From: Paraspadella gotoi
Lineage: Eukaryota > Animalia > Chaetognatha
Length of the DNA: 64,000 nt
Assembly (NCBI GenBank): GCA_051294375.1
Contig: CM119265.1
Location: 11,843,818 to 11,907,817, forward strand
Direction of reading: 5' to 3'
Shown piece after piece: positions 42,219-57,605 of the stretch (position 1 is its first letter; every line of letters starts with the position of its first letter). Position numbers and translations under genes: made by a program. The notes under the pieces were generated by a model. That model did no database searches. It saw only the letters and a list, made by a program, of their open reading frames with translations, and was not told the origin of the DNA.

Positions 42219-42704
42219 TGAAGAGACAGTAATTATTGTTTTGTTTGTGACAGAACCGTTCAATATAAGCAGTCCCTGAGCTTTGGATCTGGCGAATGAT
42301 TTGCCTCCGGCACTAATGGCCGCTGATGAATGGTTGGTGGATTTTAGTCCACCATACATCCCCTCCTCCTGTAGGAGAAATCTGTTCGTCTGTGTTGTTG
42401 GTGGAAAGTGCATCGCCAGGTTGAGGCATGTCGCCTGAAAGTGTTGTTGTTGCTGTTGTGTTTGGAAGTCGGGCTTACAATGAAAAGACAGTAAATTATT
42501 TTTATGTGTTAGTGACAAAACCATTCAATATAAGCAGTCCCTGAGCTTCGGATCAGGCTGTCACACAGTGTTACAGGTAGCTTAAGCGCCCTGTCCCATT
42601 TAACTGCTAGGCGTCTACTGGGCTGGAACCCGGGACCTTTGAGTTGGAAGGCGAATGACTAGCCTCCGGTACCAATGGCCGCTGATGAACGGTTGGTGGA
42701 TTTT
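42219..42704 (-). mobile_element. TRIM-like miniature LTR retrotransposon with tRNA-derived LTRs (two-LTR copy; duplicated at 51110-51597)
   Basis: 5' LTR 42704-42481 (5'-truncated), PBS-like TGGTAAGCCCGAC (intact in the duplicate at 51373-51361), ~125-nt internal region, PPT AGGAGGAGGGG(G)A, then TG-TATGG 3' LTR 42358-42219 (internally deleted) ending CTCTTCA. Confidence 0.75.
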
Positions 42705-42750
42705 AAATTTATTTTAATTACTATTTTTTTGTTTGAGGTAGAAAATGAAT

Positions 42751-42959
42751 TGTTTACGTACGAGTTTTATAAAGAAACAAATTTCGGACAAGTTTAAGCT
42801 TCAATGTAAGCTTTCAATAGCACAAAGAACGAATTGATGTTTGTGAAAGTCTGAAAATATTTTTTTACAAATCAATTCATTTTTTCGCTGATGAAGGTTT
42901 ACATTGAAGCCGAAACATGTTCGAAATTTATGTTTCTTTATAAAACTCGTACGTAAACA
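42751..42959. mobile_element. Penelope-like inverted repeat with minimal type I hammerhead (duplicate at ~51644-51851)
   Basis: TTTCG-CTGATGA(42888)-aggttt acattg aagcc-GAAACATGTT-CGAAA, with a degenerate inverted copy at ~42780-42822. Confidence 0.75.
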
Positions 42960-45900
42960 AGCAAGGAAAGGAAAAACAATATTTTTGTTATGTTTTTTAA
43001 ACGGTTAGCAATTGGGTTAAGCTTGATTAAGGATTAGTGGTAGTTAGGGTTAAGGGTGGTTAGGAATTTGTAATAAAAATCGAGATTTCTATATTAGTCA
43101 CTCATAAGAAGCGAAAAAAAAACCGACCCCAAATCCCGGTCGGCGAATGTAAAAATAAGCTCTCGTTTGTTAGTAAAACATCTCTAATAAACTTTACATA
43201 TTATACACAAAAGTATAATAAAAATGCAACCGAATTTACGAGCATTGTCATTTTATGCGAACGAAGAACATGTCTGCAACGGCAAATAAGCACCGGCCTT
43301 TTCTTTCGCAATAAAAAAACACGAAATATTAAACCAAATCAACTTCTAAACATAGAAACACGTCAACAAAAGANNNNNNNNNNNNNNNNNNNNNNNNNCA
43401 AAGTCGAGTTAGGTGGGGCACAGGAGGAAACCCCTCTGTACACCGAATGTACGCCAAAAAAAGGCGAAAAAAACAAACGAAAAGGAGAAGAACTCACCGC
43501 CGAAGACTCTCTAACTCGGAAAACAAGACGAGCAGGAAACTCCTTAAATTCGCGACGAACGCTAGAGAGAGCATTGCTAATTTGGAGAAGAACTGGCCTC
43601 TATCTGAGAGGGCATGACTTTGACCTGATCAGAACAGCCCGGAATGGCTGGCGGTGGAGGCAGCGGCGAAAGCGACATGAGGGTAGTCGAGTTGAAAAAC
43701 ACGCGCCTCAGTCCAAAAAACGGAGAGTACTGGAAAAAAAGGGGGCCGAAAACAGGTTCTTCCCCCTGCAGCCGTACTGTGCGCACAGGGCAACAAGAGG
43801 GCCGAGTCACAGCTCTTCCCCCCCGCAGCCGCGCAAGGTGCGTCGAGGGCAAGCGAGAGGGCCGAGTCAAGGCTCTTCCCTCCGAAGCCACGCACAACGA
43901 AGACGAAAAAGATGGCGGCCGTGAAAGAAAACTTCAAAAAGCCACGTGTTGAAGAATATCTGTATTCTGAACTCCAAAAAAAGAGAAACGAAAAATATGC
44001 AGAATTATTCAACAAAAATAATCAAAAAATATTTCGAAAAAAAGCCGGGAAGACTGAGCGCAAAAGCGCGAACCAGAAGAAGTGATTTCTGTCTCGTGTC
44101 GGCGTACTGAGGTAGCGTACGGGAGGAGGAAGAGAAGTGGGGGAAGAGGAGGTTTCCTCTTCGTTTTTCTCTCGGGAGATGTCGCGTTTGCAGAGCAGAT
44201 GCTCACTTTGTTGGTGGGGAAGAACTACATGATAGAATTTATCATAATTCGATGGTCTGACATGATATAAGTGAATGCCTGACAATATTGAGTGGGCGGA
44301 CCGACGGACCGACAAAGTGAATTATAGAGTCGGGATCTGCTGATAAGCAGATCCGACTAAAAAGATTTAAAATTTTAGATAATTAACTTTTGACTTGTAA
44401 TTAATGTTAATTATGTTAGAGCTTTCGTAAGTATATCATTCTCTTCATTTTTTAAGGGCTTTCTCTGGATATTAATATTGTTAATATCTTAATAAATACT
44501 TAAAAAAAATACTTAAAAAAAATCTTAAAAGCATAAGGATGATCGCAATATCATAAGAAAAATCTGGATTGACGACAAATTTTGATACTAAAAAAAATCA
44601 ATTAATTTATAAACAGAAAGAAAAAGAAGAAAAGAATAAATAAAGAATAGAAAGGAAAGAAAGGAAAGAAAGAAGAAAAAAAAAGAATAGAAAGGAAAGA
44701 AAGAATAGAAAGGAAATAAAGAAAAGAAAGAAAGGAAAGAATATAAAGGGGAAAAAAAAATTAATTTATTAACAGGAAGAAAAATTCTATTTTGCGATTG
44801 TCAATTTACAGTTTCTGAAAAAAAAAGAAGAAAAAAAAAAAAAACCTTTTTCATTGCCAAAAGAATAAATATAAAACCGTAAAATAACTTATTTCGAGTT
44901 TAATTTTTAGCAAGTGCTAAGACTGGAGTAACATTATTGAAGGTACTTTTGTTTTACTTTAAGGGGACCAAGTGAACAGGGGGGGTAAAAAGCTGAAAAC
45001 ATAACGTTTGACCCTTTAACTTAAGCTGGTTCTGATCATATAATTTTTTCTTCTATAATCATTTGGGAAAGTAGTTAAAAAATTGATAAAATCAGCGAGC
45101 TTAATTTTCTTTAAAAAATCGAAGAAGAAAATCTTTTTCAAATTTAAAATTTTTTTTTCCAAAAAGGGGAAGATCTAATTTTAAAAAGATTTTCAGCTTT
45201 ATCACAAAAATTATAAAGAAAAAAAACTAGGAATGAATCAAAATTTAAGGTATCGACTGATTTTATTTAAACTTTCTTTTCAAATGATTCTGTTAATTGG
45301 ATGAAAATAAAACTCTTTGAAGTAATATAAATATAAAAAGAAGAGAAAGATTCAGTACTTTTACTAAATTTTTAATTGTTATAATTAGGAATCAATATAG
45401 TTTAATTATACATTTAAGGGATGAATATGAATATTAATTAATAATTATTACAGTTTTGTTTCTGTAAGAATAGAATTTAGGTTTGATTTGTCTGCTTTTA
45501 AGTAAATATAAAAATATAAAAATATTAGTCTTATAAAGCCTTTGTTCAATAGACTTAAACCTAAAATTATAGCTTTGTACAATAAAAAATAAAAAATTGG
45601 AATTTAGTAAAAAATACTTTCTAATGCAAAAATAAAATAATGGATTATATAATAATTTAGGTAGGGTCAACTAAATTTTTTTTCATAATTATTAAAATTT
45701 TGTTTCCGCTACAATAAGAGATAGAAATTTTTTTGCCACTTTCCCGTGCAAAGAAAAATTAATGACTATCACCATTCAAATTCCTTGATGATAGACCCTT
45801 AAGCTTATGATATCATTTTTATCACTGGGTCCCCTTTAGCACGCATAAGCGAACAGTTTGATCGAATGCGACCTCTCTAAACACTGTCAGCATTCCCAGA

Positions 45901-47086
45901 CAAAAGACAAAGTGAAACTTGAAATAGACTGACGAAGTGGAAGTAAAGACTAAAGTGAAATAAAAACCCGATATTACTTAGCAAAATGATAACATGCACG
46001 AATGCGATGCCTAATTTTACGAGTTCAATCCCAATTCAATTTTTTTTAATAAAAACACACACGAGAGAGAGAGAGAGAGAGAAAAGAAAGAAATCAAATG
46101 GCAGCAGCAGAAGCAGCAGGAGAAAAGAGAGAAAAAAGAAGAGCCCCTGCAGAGCCAGCTGCAGACTCAAAAGGCAGCAGCAAAAGCAGCAGGAGAAAAA
46201 AGAGAAAAAGAATAAGCCCCTGCAGAGCCAGCTGCAGACTCATTTTTTTCCCCTATGATTAAATCAGTGAATAGGGAAAAGAGAGAGGGAGAGAGACATG
46301 TAATTAAAAGAAAAAAGAGAGAAGAGAAAGAATATGAAAATAAAAGAGAAAATTTGTTTGTTTTGATAAAACGTAAACAAAACATATTTAATAACTGTCC
46401 AGACTCAATTTTAAGCACATCGATGATAAGAAGCTGTATATAAATTTTCAGCTTCATAAACCCAAATTTAATCATAAAAAAGGCGACTATAATTTGAAAA
46501 TTGAATTTAAAAACAGTGAGTTGGAAAATGAAACCCGATTTTACAAGCCAACTTTCTCCACTCATTGCCAAAGCATATCTTAACTGATCAATATAAAATT
46601 TGAACACATAAATGACTAATATTTTTTACTCAACTAATTTTAAAATCAATGAAATAAACCACTGGTTTGAAAATGACAGCGTTTTTTTACCGGTGCTTAT
46701 AAAATTGTCACCATGTACATAAATATGGCCTACTGCGTAAATTGTAAAATTTATTATAAAATTTTTTTATACATAAATGTTCATTAGTATGAAATTGGTA
46801 CAACCAATATAAAAATTATCCATTCATTTAATAAATAAGCTATCTTGCCCCTGACTTTGGACAGGCTTTGGTGGTTTAAGGCCTCCATCACTCTTACAAG
46901 ATAATGACATAGCAGGTCCCTGCAAGTTTTCAATCAAGACTCTCTCACAGTCTCGTTTATTCACTCCCATATTGTTCGTTTCTCACTTTTAGAATTTTAA
47001 TTAAATTTAGAATTTTTACTACGCTTTAGTGGGGAACTTAAGTTTTAGAAAAAAAATGAAAACGAGTCATCTTCAGTTTGGCTCAC

Positions 47087-49636
<2,550 letters not shown>

Positions 49637-52600
49637 TGTCACGTCGTTTATGGCCGAGTTATTAAGAATCCATAAAAAATAATTAAAATTTTGCTCGACA
49701 ACTACCTTAGAACATACCAAACTATATAAAAATTTAAAATTAAAATGTATAAAATTATATTTAACTGTTATTGTTATCCCATTTTTAAATTTGTGATTTC
49801 TTCGTAATATGCAAAATGAAATAAAATATCGCATTTTTAAGAAATCATTCGATAGAAATTTATTTTAAATTTGTTATTTCTTTGTAATATGCAAAATGAA
49901 ATCATATATCGGGCCAATGACATCAAATTTATTTTTAAAATATTGCTCCAGAGACGGGATCCCGCGGAAAGATCAACTTATGTGACCCAACATTAGAATG
50001 CTATAAATTGATAAATTGGTTTACTTTTACTTTCGCCAACCGGGCTTAGGGAGGGGTTAGGGTTTTATTTTAAATTCATTTTTTAAAAATAAGTATTTTT
50101 AAGTAAAATTTATCCAAAAAATTATTACTTAATTACCCTAACCCTAAACCACCCTTAACCCCTCTCTAACCCCGGTTGGCGAAAGTAAAAGTAAACCAAA
50201 TTATTAATTTATAGCATTCTAATGTTGGGTCACATAAGTTGATCTTCCCGCGGGATCCCGTCTCTCTTAAAATTTAAGTAATTTTTCAAAAGACGCCAAA
50301 ACCGCAGTCGGTGAAAGTCAAATTTATTAAATATACTAGTTTTGGGTAACTTTATTATTCGACGTCCGCAATAAGGCGTAGTAAAATTTCTAAATTTAAC
50401 TTTAATTAAAATTCTAAAAGTGAAGAACGAACAATATTATACTAATGAACATTTATGTAATAAAAAAATTTATAATAAATTTTACAATTTATGCAGTAGG
50501 CCATATTTATACTAGTTCTAAACCAATAAATGTTAAAATTTAAAAACAGTTTTTTTAAAGATTTTTTTGCAGATTTGGATTCGTTATAGAAAGTTGATAA
50601 AAAACTCTTTTTGAAAAATTCCTTCATTAAGTGTGTCAAAAATTAGAAAAAGCTATATTTTAAGCTGAAAATTAACTTTTTATATATTAAATATAGTTTT
50701 TTTAATTTTTAACCCACTTAATGAGAGAATTTTTAAAAATGATTTATATTTTCTTCTATCAACTTTTGACGAGAAATTCAAATCTGCAATAAAAATTAAG
50801 AAAAGCCTATTTTGAAATTTTTCGATTTTATAAGGATAGTACTATATATAAATATAGCCTACTGCGAAAATTAAAAAACATAAAATTAATTTTTTTTACA
50901 AATGAATGTTCACTGATGGTATGTTGTTCATAATTGACTTTTAGAATTTTAGTATGTAACTTTCACTACGCCTTAGTCCGCAACCAACCTTAGGTACCAC
51001 CGGTCGGTGCTTTGTTAATCCATTTAATTTTGTTTTCCTTCTAGCGTCAAGTCATTTTGCGCAGTAATATACATTTTATTTTGTTCAGTAATACAAATTT
51101 ATAATAAATTGAAGAGACAGTAATTATTGTTTTGTTTGTGACAGAACCGTTCAATATAAGCAGTCCCTGAGCTTTGGATCTGGCGAATGATTTGCCTCCG
51201 GCACTAATGGCCGCTGATGAATGGTTGGTGGATTTTAGTCCACCATACATCCCCTCCTCCTGTAGGGAGAAATCTGTTTCGTCTGTGTTGTTGGTGGAAA
51301 GTGCATCGCCAGGTTGAGGCATGTCGCCTGAAAGTGTTGTTGTTGCTGTTGTGTTTGGAAGTCGGGCTTACCAATGAAAAGACAGTAATTATTTTTATGT
51401 GTTAGTGACAAAACCATTCAATATAAGCAGTCCCTGAGCTTCGGATCAGGCTGTCACACAGTGTTACAGGTAGCTTAAGCGCCCTGTCCCATTTAACTGC
51501 TAGGCGTCTACTGGGCTGGAACCCGGGACCTTTGAGTTGGAAGGCGAATGACTAGCCTCCGGTACCAATGGCCGCTGATGAACGGTTGGTGGATTTTAAA
51601 TTTATTTTAATTACTATTTTTTTGTTTGAGGTAGAAAATGAATTGTTTACGTACGAGTTTTATAAAGAAACAAATTTCGGACAAGTTTAAGCTTCAATGT
51701 AAGCTTTCAATAGCACAAGAACGAATTGATGTTTGTGAAAGTCTGAAAATATTTTTTTACAAATCAATTCATTTTTTCGCTGATGAAGGTTTACATTGAA
51801 GCCGAAACATGTTCGAAATTTATGTTTCTTTATAAAACTCGTACGTAAACAAGCAAGGAAAGGAAAAACAATATTTTTGTTATGTTTTTTAAACGGTTAG
51901 CAATTGGGTTAAGCTTGATTAAGGATTAGTGGTAGTTAGGGTTAAGGGTGGTTAGGAATTTGTAATAAAAATCGAGATTTCTATATTAGTCACTCATAAG
52001 AAGCGAAAAAAAAACCGACCCCAAAATCCCGGTCGGCGAATGTAAAAATAAGCTCTCGTTTTGTTAGTAAAACATCTCTAATAAACTTTACATATTATAC
52101 ACAAAAGTATAATAAAAATGCAACCGAATTTACGAGCATTGTCATTTTATGCGAACGAAGAACATGTCTGCAACGGCAAATAAGCACCGGCCTTTTCTTT
52201 TCGCAATAAAAAAACACGAAATATTAAACCAAATCAACTTCTAAACATAGAAACACGTCAACAAAAGCTCCACTTCCCCCCTAAAAAACACAATGATTAA
52301 ACGAATATCAAATATGTAGCGAGGCTAGATTATGAAAATAAAGCAAGGGAATTGGAGATCTGCTTTTTCGTTGGCCTCTTCGCTCCAGTGACGTGTGGAG
52401 GAGGAGGAGGAGGAGGGGGAAGACACAGCCTGACATCTGTCGGGGCCGCGGCCGCCGATGGAAGCTTACGGCCAAAACAAAATATTAAATAATGTTTATT
52501 AAATAAATTTTTAAACCTTAAATTGTATGTTACTTATTTCAATAATGGAGTTGAATTCCCTCTGGAGGCTTATGGGAAAACGAAGAGAAAGAAAAGGAAA

Positions 52601-52985
52601 AAATAAAGTTCGTTTTTTTACGGAAAAGAAAATTTAAGACCCTAACAACAATGATATTAAAAACGTTTTTAAGCTTCACGAGCTAAGGATTTCTTTTTAA
52701 TTTTTTAAAAAATTTAATTATAATATTTTTTTATTGCTTTTGATAGATATTTACAAAATAATAGTTTTTATTTGTGATAATCACGATCATTTAATTAGGG
52801 ACCAACTCAGGAGATAATTAAAAAAACTTTGCTAATAGTCGAAATTTTATATTGTCTTGATTAAATATTTAAGCAATCATTTTCTAAAAAAAATTTATAT
52901 TATACGTCTTGATTAATTCATTAAATGTTATTAATCTTTTTTATATTATAATTTTTTTTTTGAAATCTCAAAATTTTTTGATGGA

Positions 52986-53251
52986 TTCTGGTGGTCCTAT
53001 CACCACAAATGGATTAAAGCTGTTTTTTTCGCAGCGCCTCAGTAGCTTAGTGGATTAATGCACCATCCCAATGTGCGTCCCTGGTTCGAGCCCTGAGGTC
53101 GATGTAGAAAGTGGGATGGACCAGGTAACCCGCCTATAGGCAAAGGCCTGCTGCCAGATCCAAAGCTCTGGACTATATGAATATGCTGACTGGCTGTCGC
53201 CACGAGGTGACACCGCTGCGGGTGTGGGGCCCTGTAAAACCAGCCTCTTCA
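52986..53251 (+). mobile_element. Second tRNA-bearing repeat family with the same termini (TTCTGGTGG...CTCTTCA); partial copy at 9466-9534
   Basis: A-box TAGCTTAGTGG 53043-53053, B-box GGTTCGAGCCC 53083-53093, 5' GTGGT..ACCAC hairpin, 3' end CTCTTCA. Confidence 0.6.
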
Positions 53252-53492
53252 AGAGCATAAAAAGTTAAACGAGAAATATAATTATTGCTTTTAAAAATTC
53301 TTACGTTTTTTAAGTGAAAATATAAAAAAACTGATAAAATCATGAAAGATAATGATAATCACAATTTTTATGGTTTTTCTTATTTTTGACTCATTTATAA
53401 AAATATTTAAAAAAGAATTATACTTTGTATAGACAACTTTTTATGAGCTATCTGAATCTGGTCTTAAAATTTAAAAATTATAAAAAAAAATT

Positions 53493-53986
53493 TAATTGAA
53501 ACTAAAGACAGTCTTGATACAGCAACAATTTTATTTTATTGTACAGACAAGTTTCGGCTTTCATTCAAGCCTTCATCAGTGCTTTGACAATTCACAATTT
53601 TCATGTTTTCATGTTTATTAAATTTACCATTGTTGTACATTTTCTAATGTAACTTTTCTTACCAAATGTTAACCTCTGCTTCTCTGTCTCTCTCTCCCTC
53701 ACTCACAAATTTAATTTCTTTTCCCTCACATTCTCTCTCTCTCTCTCTCTACTAACTTAAACCTGTCCTCACATTTCACCACTGTCCTGTCTCATATCTT
53801 TGTTGGCCATTTCTTCTCTCTCTATTTCTCTCTCTCTCTCTCTCTCTCTCTTCCAAAGTTAATTTGGAAAACATGAAAATTGTGAATTGTCAAAGCACTG
53901 ATGAAGGCTTGAATGAAAGCCGAAAATTGTCTGTACAATAAAATAAAATCGTTTCTGTATCAAGACTTTGTCTTTAGTTTCAATTA
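53493..53986. mobile_element. Penelope-like inverted repeat with two outward-facing hammerheads (right arm duplicated at ~59941-60061)
   Basis: Arms of ~120 bp. Minus strand: CTGATGA-aggcttgaatgaaagcc-GAAACTTGTC (53579-53546). Plus strand: CTGATGA(53898)...GAAAATTGTC (53922-53931). Confidence 0.78.
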
Positions 53987-56529
53987 TCTAAAACACAACG
54001 AAAGAAAGTTTAATCACAAAAAAAAATCTATAATTTATTGTAACCTTAATTTTTACCCAAATATATATTGGTTGTACCAATTTCATATACGGTACCCGAA
54101 GCGTAGAGTGTCCTTTTTCCAGGGATAAAATAATTCTTTTATTTTTACATCCAATGAGCTGATATTTCAACATAAAATATTCTCAACATAAGTTTATTGC
54201 CCATTGGGTTAAAATTTAAATCAGACAACTTTAAACCACTTAAAAATAGGCTTAAAAAAATTTAAAAGTTGCATAATTTAGTCATTTTATGTAATACATT
54301 TTTAAAATTTTACATATACATACTCAAAACGGTTTGTGAGATGTCAGAATATGAATAAAATTTGAACAGTTTTATTAGCATTTACTAAAGGAAATATTTT
54401 AGATGTGTCATTTTTTTAATCAGTCATAACTATTATATTAGTGAATATTATGCTTTTATATTACAGTCTTAGATGGGCCTTCGATAGCTCTACAACATAT
54501 ATCAGTTTCGGTCATCTCGAAAAAAAATTTGTAACAGGTCAAAATTTTAATAATAAAATTCAATTGTCATTTATACCTAAAATATGCAGAGAACTGGATT
54601 GATTTTTTAACCATAAAATAGCCAAAGTGGTAAGTCGCCTCAAAAGCATACTTTATCTGCTGGTGGTCTCAAAAATTTAAATTAAAATAAGCATAATCTC
54701 ATTTGCATATTTAAAGATTTTTTTACTTTACTAAATTTCTCCTTATTAGGTAAGTAATTTTTTATTGTTTTAAGTGCATAACAATTACATTGTATAAGCT
54801 TTAACTTAAGCTTATTTTAGAGAATTTTTAACTTTATTTTCAAATTGATATTATTTTTAAGATATTACTTTAAAAAAGGTATTTATTAATACTTTATAAA
54901 ATTTCAATTTTTGTTATTATTATAAAAAGAGGTTAAGACAAGGATTTTAAATATATAAATCTTTTTTAAATTAGATCCAAGGCCGAGATATAGTATTTTG
55001 AAATTATTAAAAAGAGAAAAAAATACCTTTTTTTAAACCCCAATAAAAAACTGTACAATCAAAATATCTCTTTAATATTTTAAAGATAGGTAATATTTTC
55101 ATTCAAATTAACAGTCTTTAAGTTTCAGATCAATCGGAAAACTTTTACTATTAAATCTTTAAAGAGAAAGTTAATTTTTGAAAAAAATTGATTTTAAAAA
55201 ATAAGTTTGAGCAAACAATGTCAGATCTACCCACGATCATTATCGGTAATTTTAATTAATTATTTATTTATTAATTGTTAATTACTTAATTAATTAAGCA
55301 ATTTGAACAGAAATATTTGTTTTGATTGATTGACTGATTAATTAATTATTGATTAATTAATTGACTAATTAATTAATTAACTGATTATTTGATTAATTAA
55401 TACATCTTGCATTTACATTTAAAATAAAAATAAGAAGCATAATCAATTAGTGAAACAGGTTTTTTGTTTTTTCTATTTAAACTCATTTCCATTAAAATGA
55501 TTTTATTAACTTGAATTAATTATTAATTAATTAATAAATAATTAAAATTACCGATAATATCATGGGCAGATCCGACATTGTTTGCTCAAACTTGTTTTTT
55601 AAAATCGATTTTTTTCCAAAAATTAATTTAACTTAAAAATTTAATTAATTTAACTTAATTAACTTAAAGATTTAATAATAAAAGTTTTCCGATTGATCTG
55701 AAACTTAAAGACTGTTAATTTGAATGAAAATATACTTATCTTAAATATTAAAAAGATATTTTGATTGTACAGTTTTTTATTGGGGTTTGAAAAAGGGTAT
55801 TTTTTTTTCTTTTTGACAATTTCAAAATGCCATATCTCGGCCTTGGATGATCTAATTTTTTAAAGTAATATCTTAAAAATAATATCAATTTGAAAATAAA
55901 GTTAAAAATTCTCCAAAATAAGCTTAAGTTAAAGCTTATACAATGTAATTGTTATGCACTTAAAACGATAAAAAAATATTAACAGTAGCATTAGCCATAG
56001 CCGATAAAATTTAAATACTAATGTATACAGCGTTAAAATAATCTATTATGACCATAGGTTATGGTATTAAAATATTTTTTTTCAAAAATGCTTTCTTCCG
56101 AGGGTATTAGCCTAATTAAAAATATTATATTAATATATAGAGCAAAAAATTTTTTTTTTAAATCTTAAAATTTTTTGATGGATTCTGATAGAGCATAGAT
56201 AATTACAGCTTTTAAAAATTCTTACGTTTTCTAAGTGAAAATATAAAAAAGTGATAAAATCATCGAAAGATGATGATGATGATGATTTTTTACGGTTTTT
56301 CTTATTTTTGACACACTTATCGTAAAAATATTTAAAAAAGAATTATACATTGTGTAGACAACTTTTTATGAGCTATCTGAATCTGGTCTTAAAATTTTCT
56401 ATATATAAATAAATATTAAAAAATTAATTATTAGGGTAGAGAGCCATATTAAAATTTTTTTGTCCATTGAAAGTATTCTTAAAAATGTCTAAATATTCGT
56501 TTGAGCATGTACTCGCTCTAAATTTTTGA

Positions 56530-56803
56530 CTCACCCCATTGAGTGTGGCTACCCCTAGTAGCATCCGTTTAGAATTTCTGAGACGGCAAGCTCTGTAACT
56601 CTAGTAGAAATGATAATTTGAAAGCGAGTTTTTGTCTTGTTATCCAGTACTCATACGACTACTCCCCTTTTGGTAAGCCATTGCTCTACGACCACTTTTG
56701 GGACATAGCAGTTTATTGTAAAAATTTACTTTAAGTGGGATTCGAATCCTGCCATTCCATTCCGCGTCAAAGTCTTAGCTTTTAACCGCTCGGCCATCTC
56801 GTT
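56530..56803 (-). mobile_element. tRNA-derived SINE (duplicate at ~62600-62872)
   Basis: A-box TGGCCGAGCGG, B-box GGATTCGAATCCC, followed by core ATGTCCCAAAAGTGGTCGTAGAGCAATGGCTTACC. Confidence 0.65.
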
Positions 56804-57471
56804 ATTTAAAAAAAAATTCTTCAAAAACCCTAATATAAATTTTTTTTTTTTTTATGCCAACCAAAAATTTTCTCTTTTTGAAACAATTTCATTCTTTCAT
56901 TCTCTCAATCATTAGCCTATTTATTAATATTGATACAATAGGTGATAATGTATAAAAACAGTTTCAGTTGTTTCACAATAAACAACAGGTTAAAAACACT
57001 TAATAAATCAGGAAACTTGGGACTCGGATGTCAAAATCTCTGCCGTCGGATGTTGAGCCGTCCTGAGTCCTGACCCTACGGCGAAGCCCACGTTGGCCAC
57101 TGTGAACGCCAATACAATGATATTTCATATAACCTATTCAGAGATAACGATTTCAAACAGACATTTTTTTTATGGCTGCATACACTGCGCTATGCTAACT
57201 TTCATCGTGTCTTACATAGAGATCGTTCATATCAAATTTCAATAAATTTGGTCTAGTAGTTTTTTAGGAACGAGTTCTGGTAACAAAAAAAGGGTCCCTA
57301 ATTTTATAATTTGAAGCCTTCTGGATTTATCTCAAGACCAGCAAGATAACCAGAAGACGATTTGACTGAACGCATGTTAACATTAATGAATTTTTTGTTT
57401 CCCCAAAAAAATTAAAAGCGAACCTACAGCTTTATATAATTTAATCTGAACGAAATATTTTTAAAAATCAT

Positions 57472-57605
57472 TTGGCCGAGTGCTTAGCACGCCGGATTTC
57501 AACGTTAGGAAGAGGTTTCAGGTTCAAATCTGGCTGAAGTTTCCTTTTACCCTTAAGTTCTGATGTCCCAAAATTGGTCGTAGAGCAATGGCTTACCGAA
57601 GGTAA
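57472..57605 (+). mobile_element. tRNA-derived SINE, different head with the same core (duplicate at ~63540-63672)
   Basis: A-box TGGCCGAGTGC, B-box GGTTCAAATCT, core ATGTCCCAAAATTGGTCGTAGAGCAATGGCTTACC. Confidence 0.6.
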
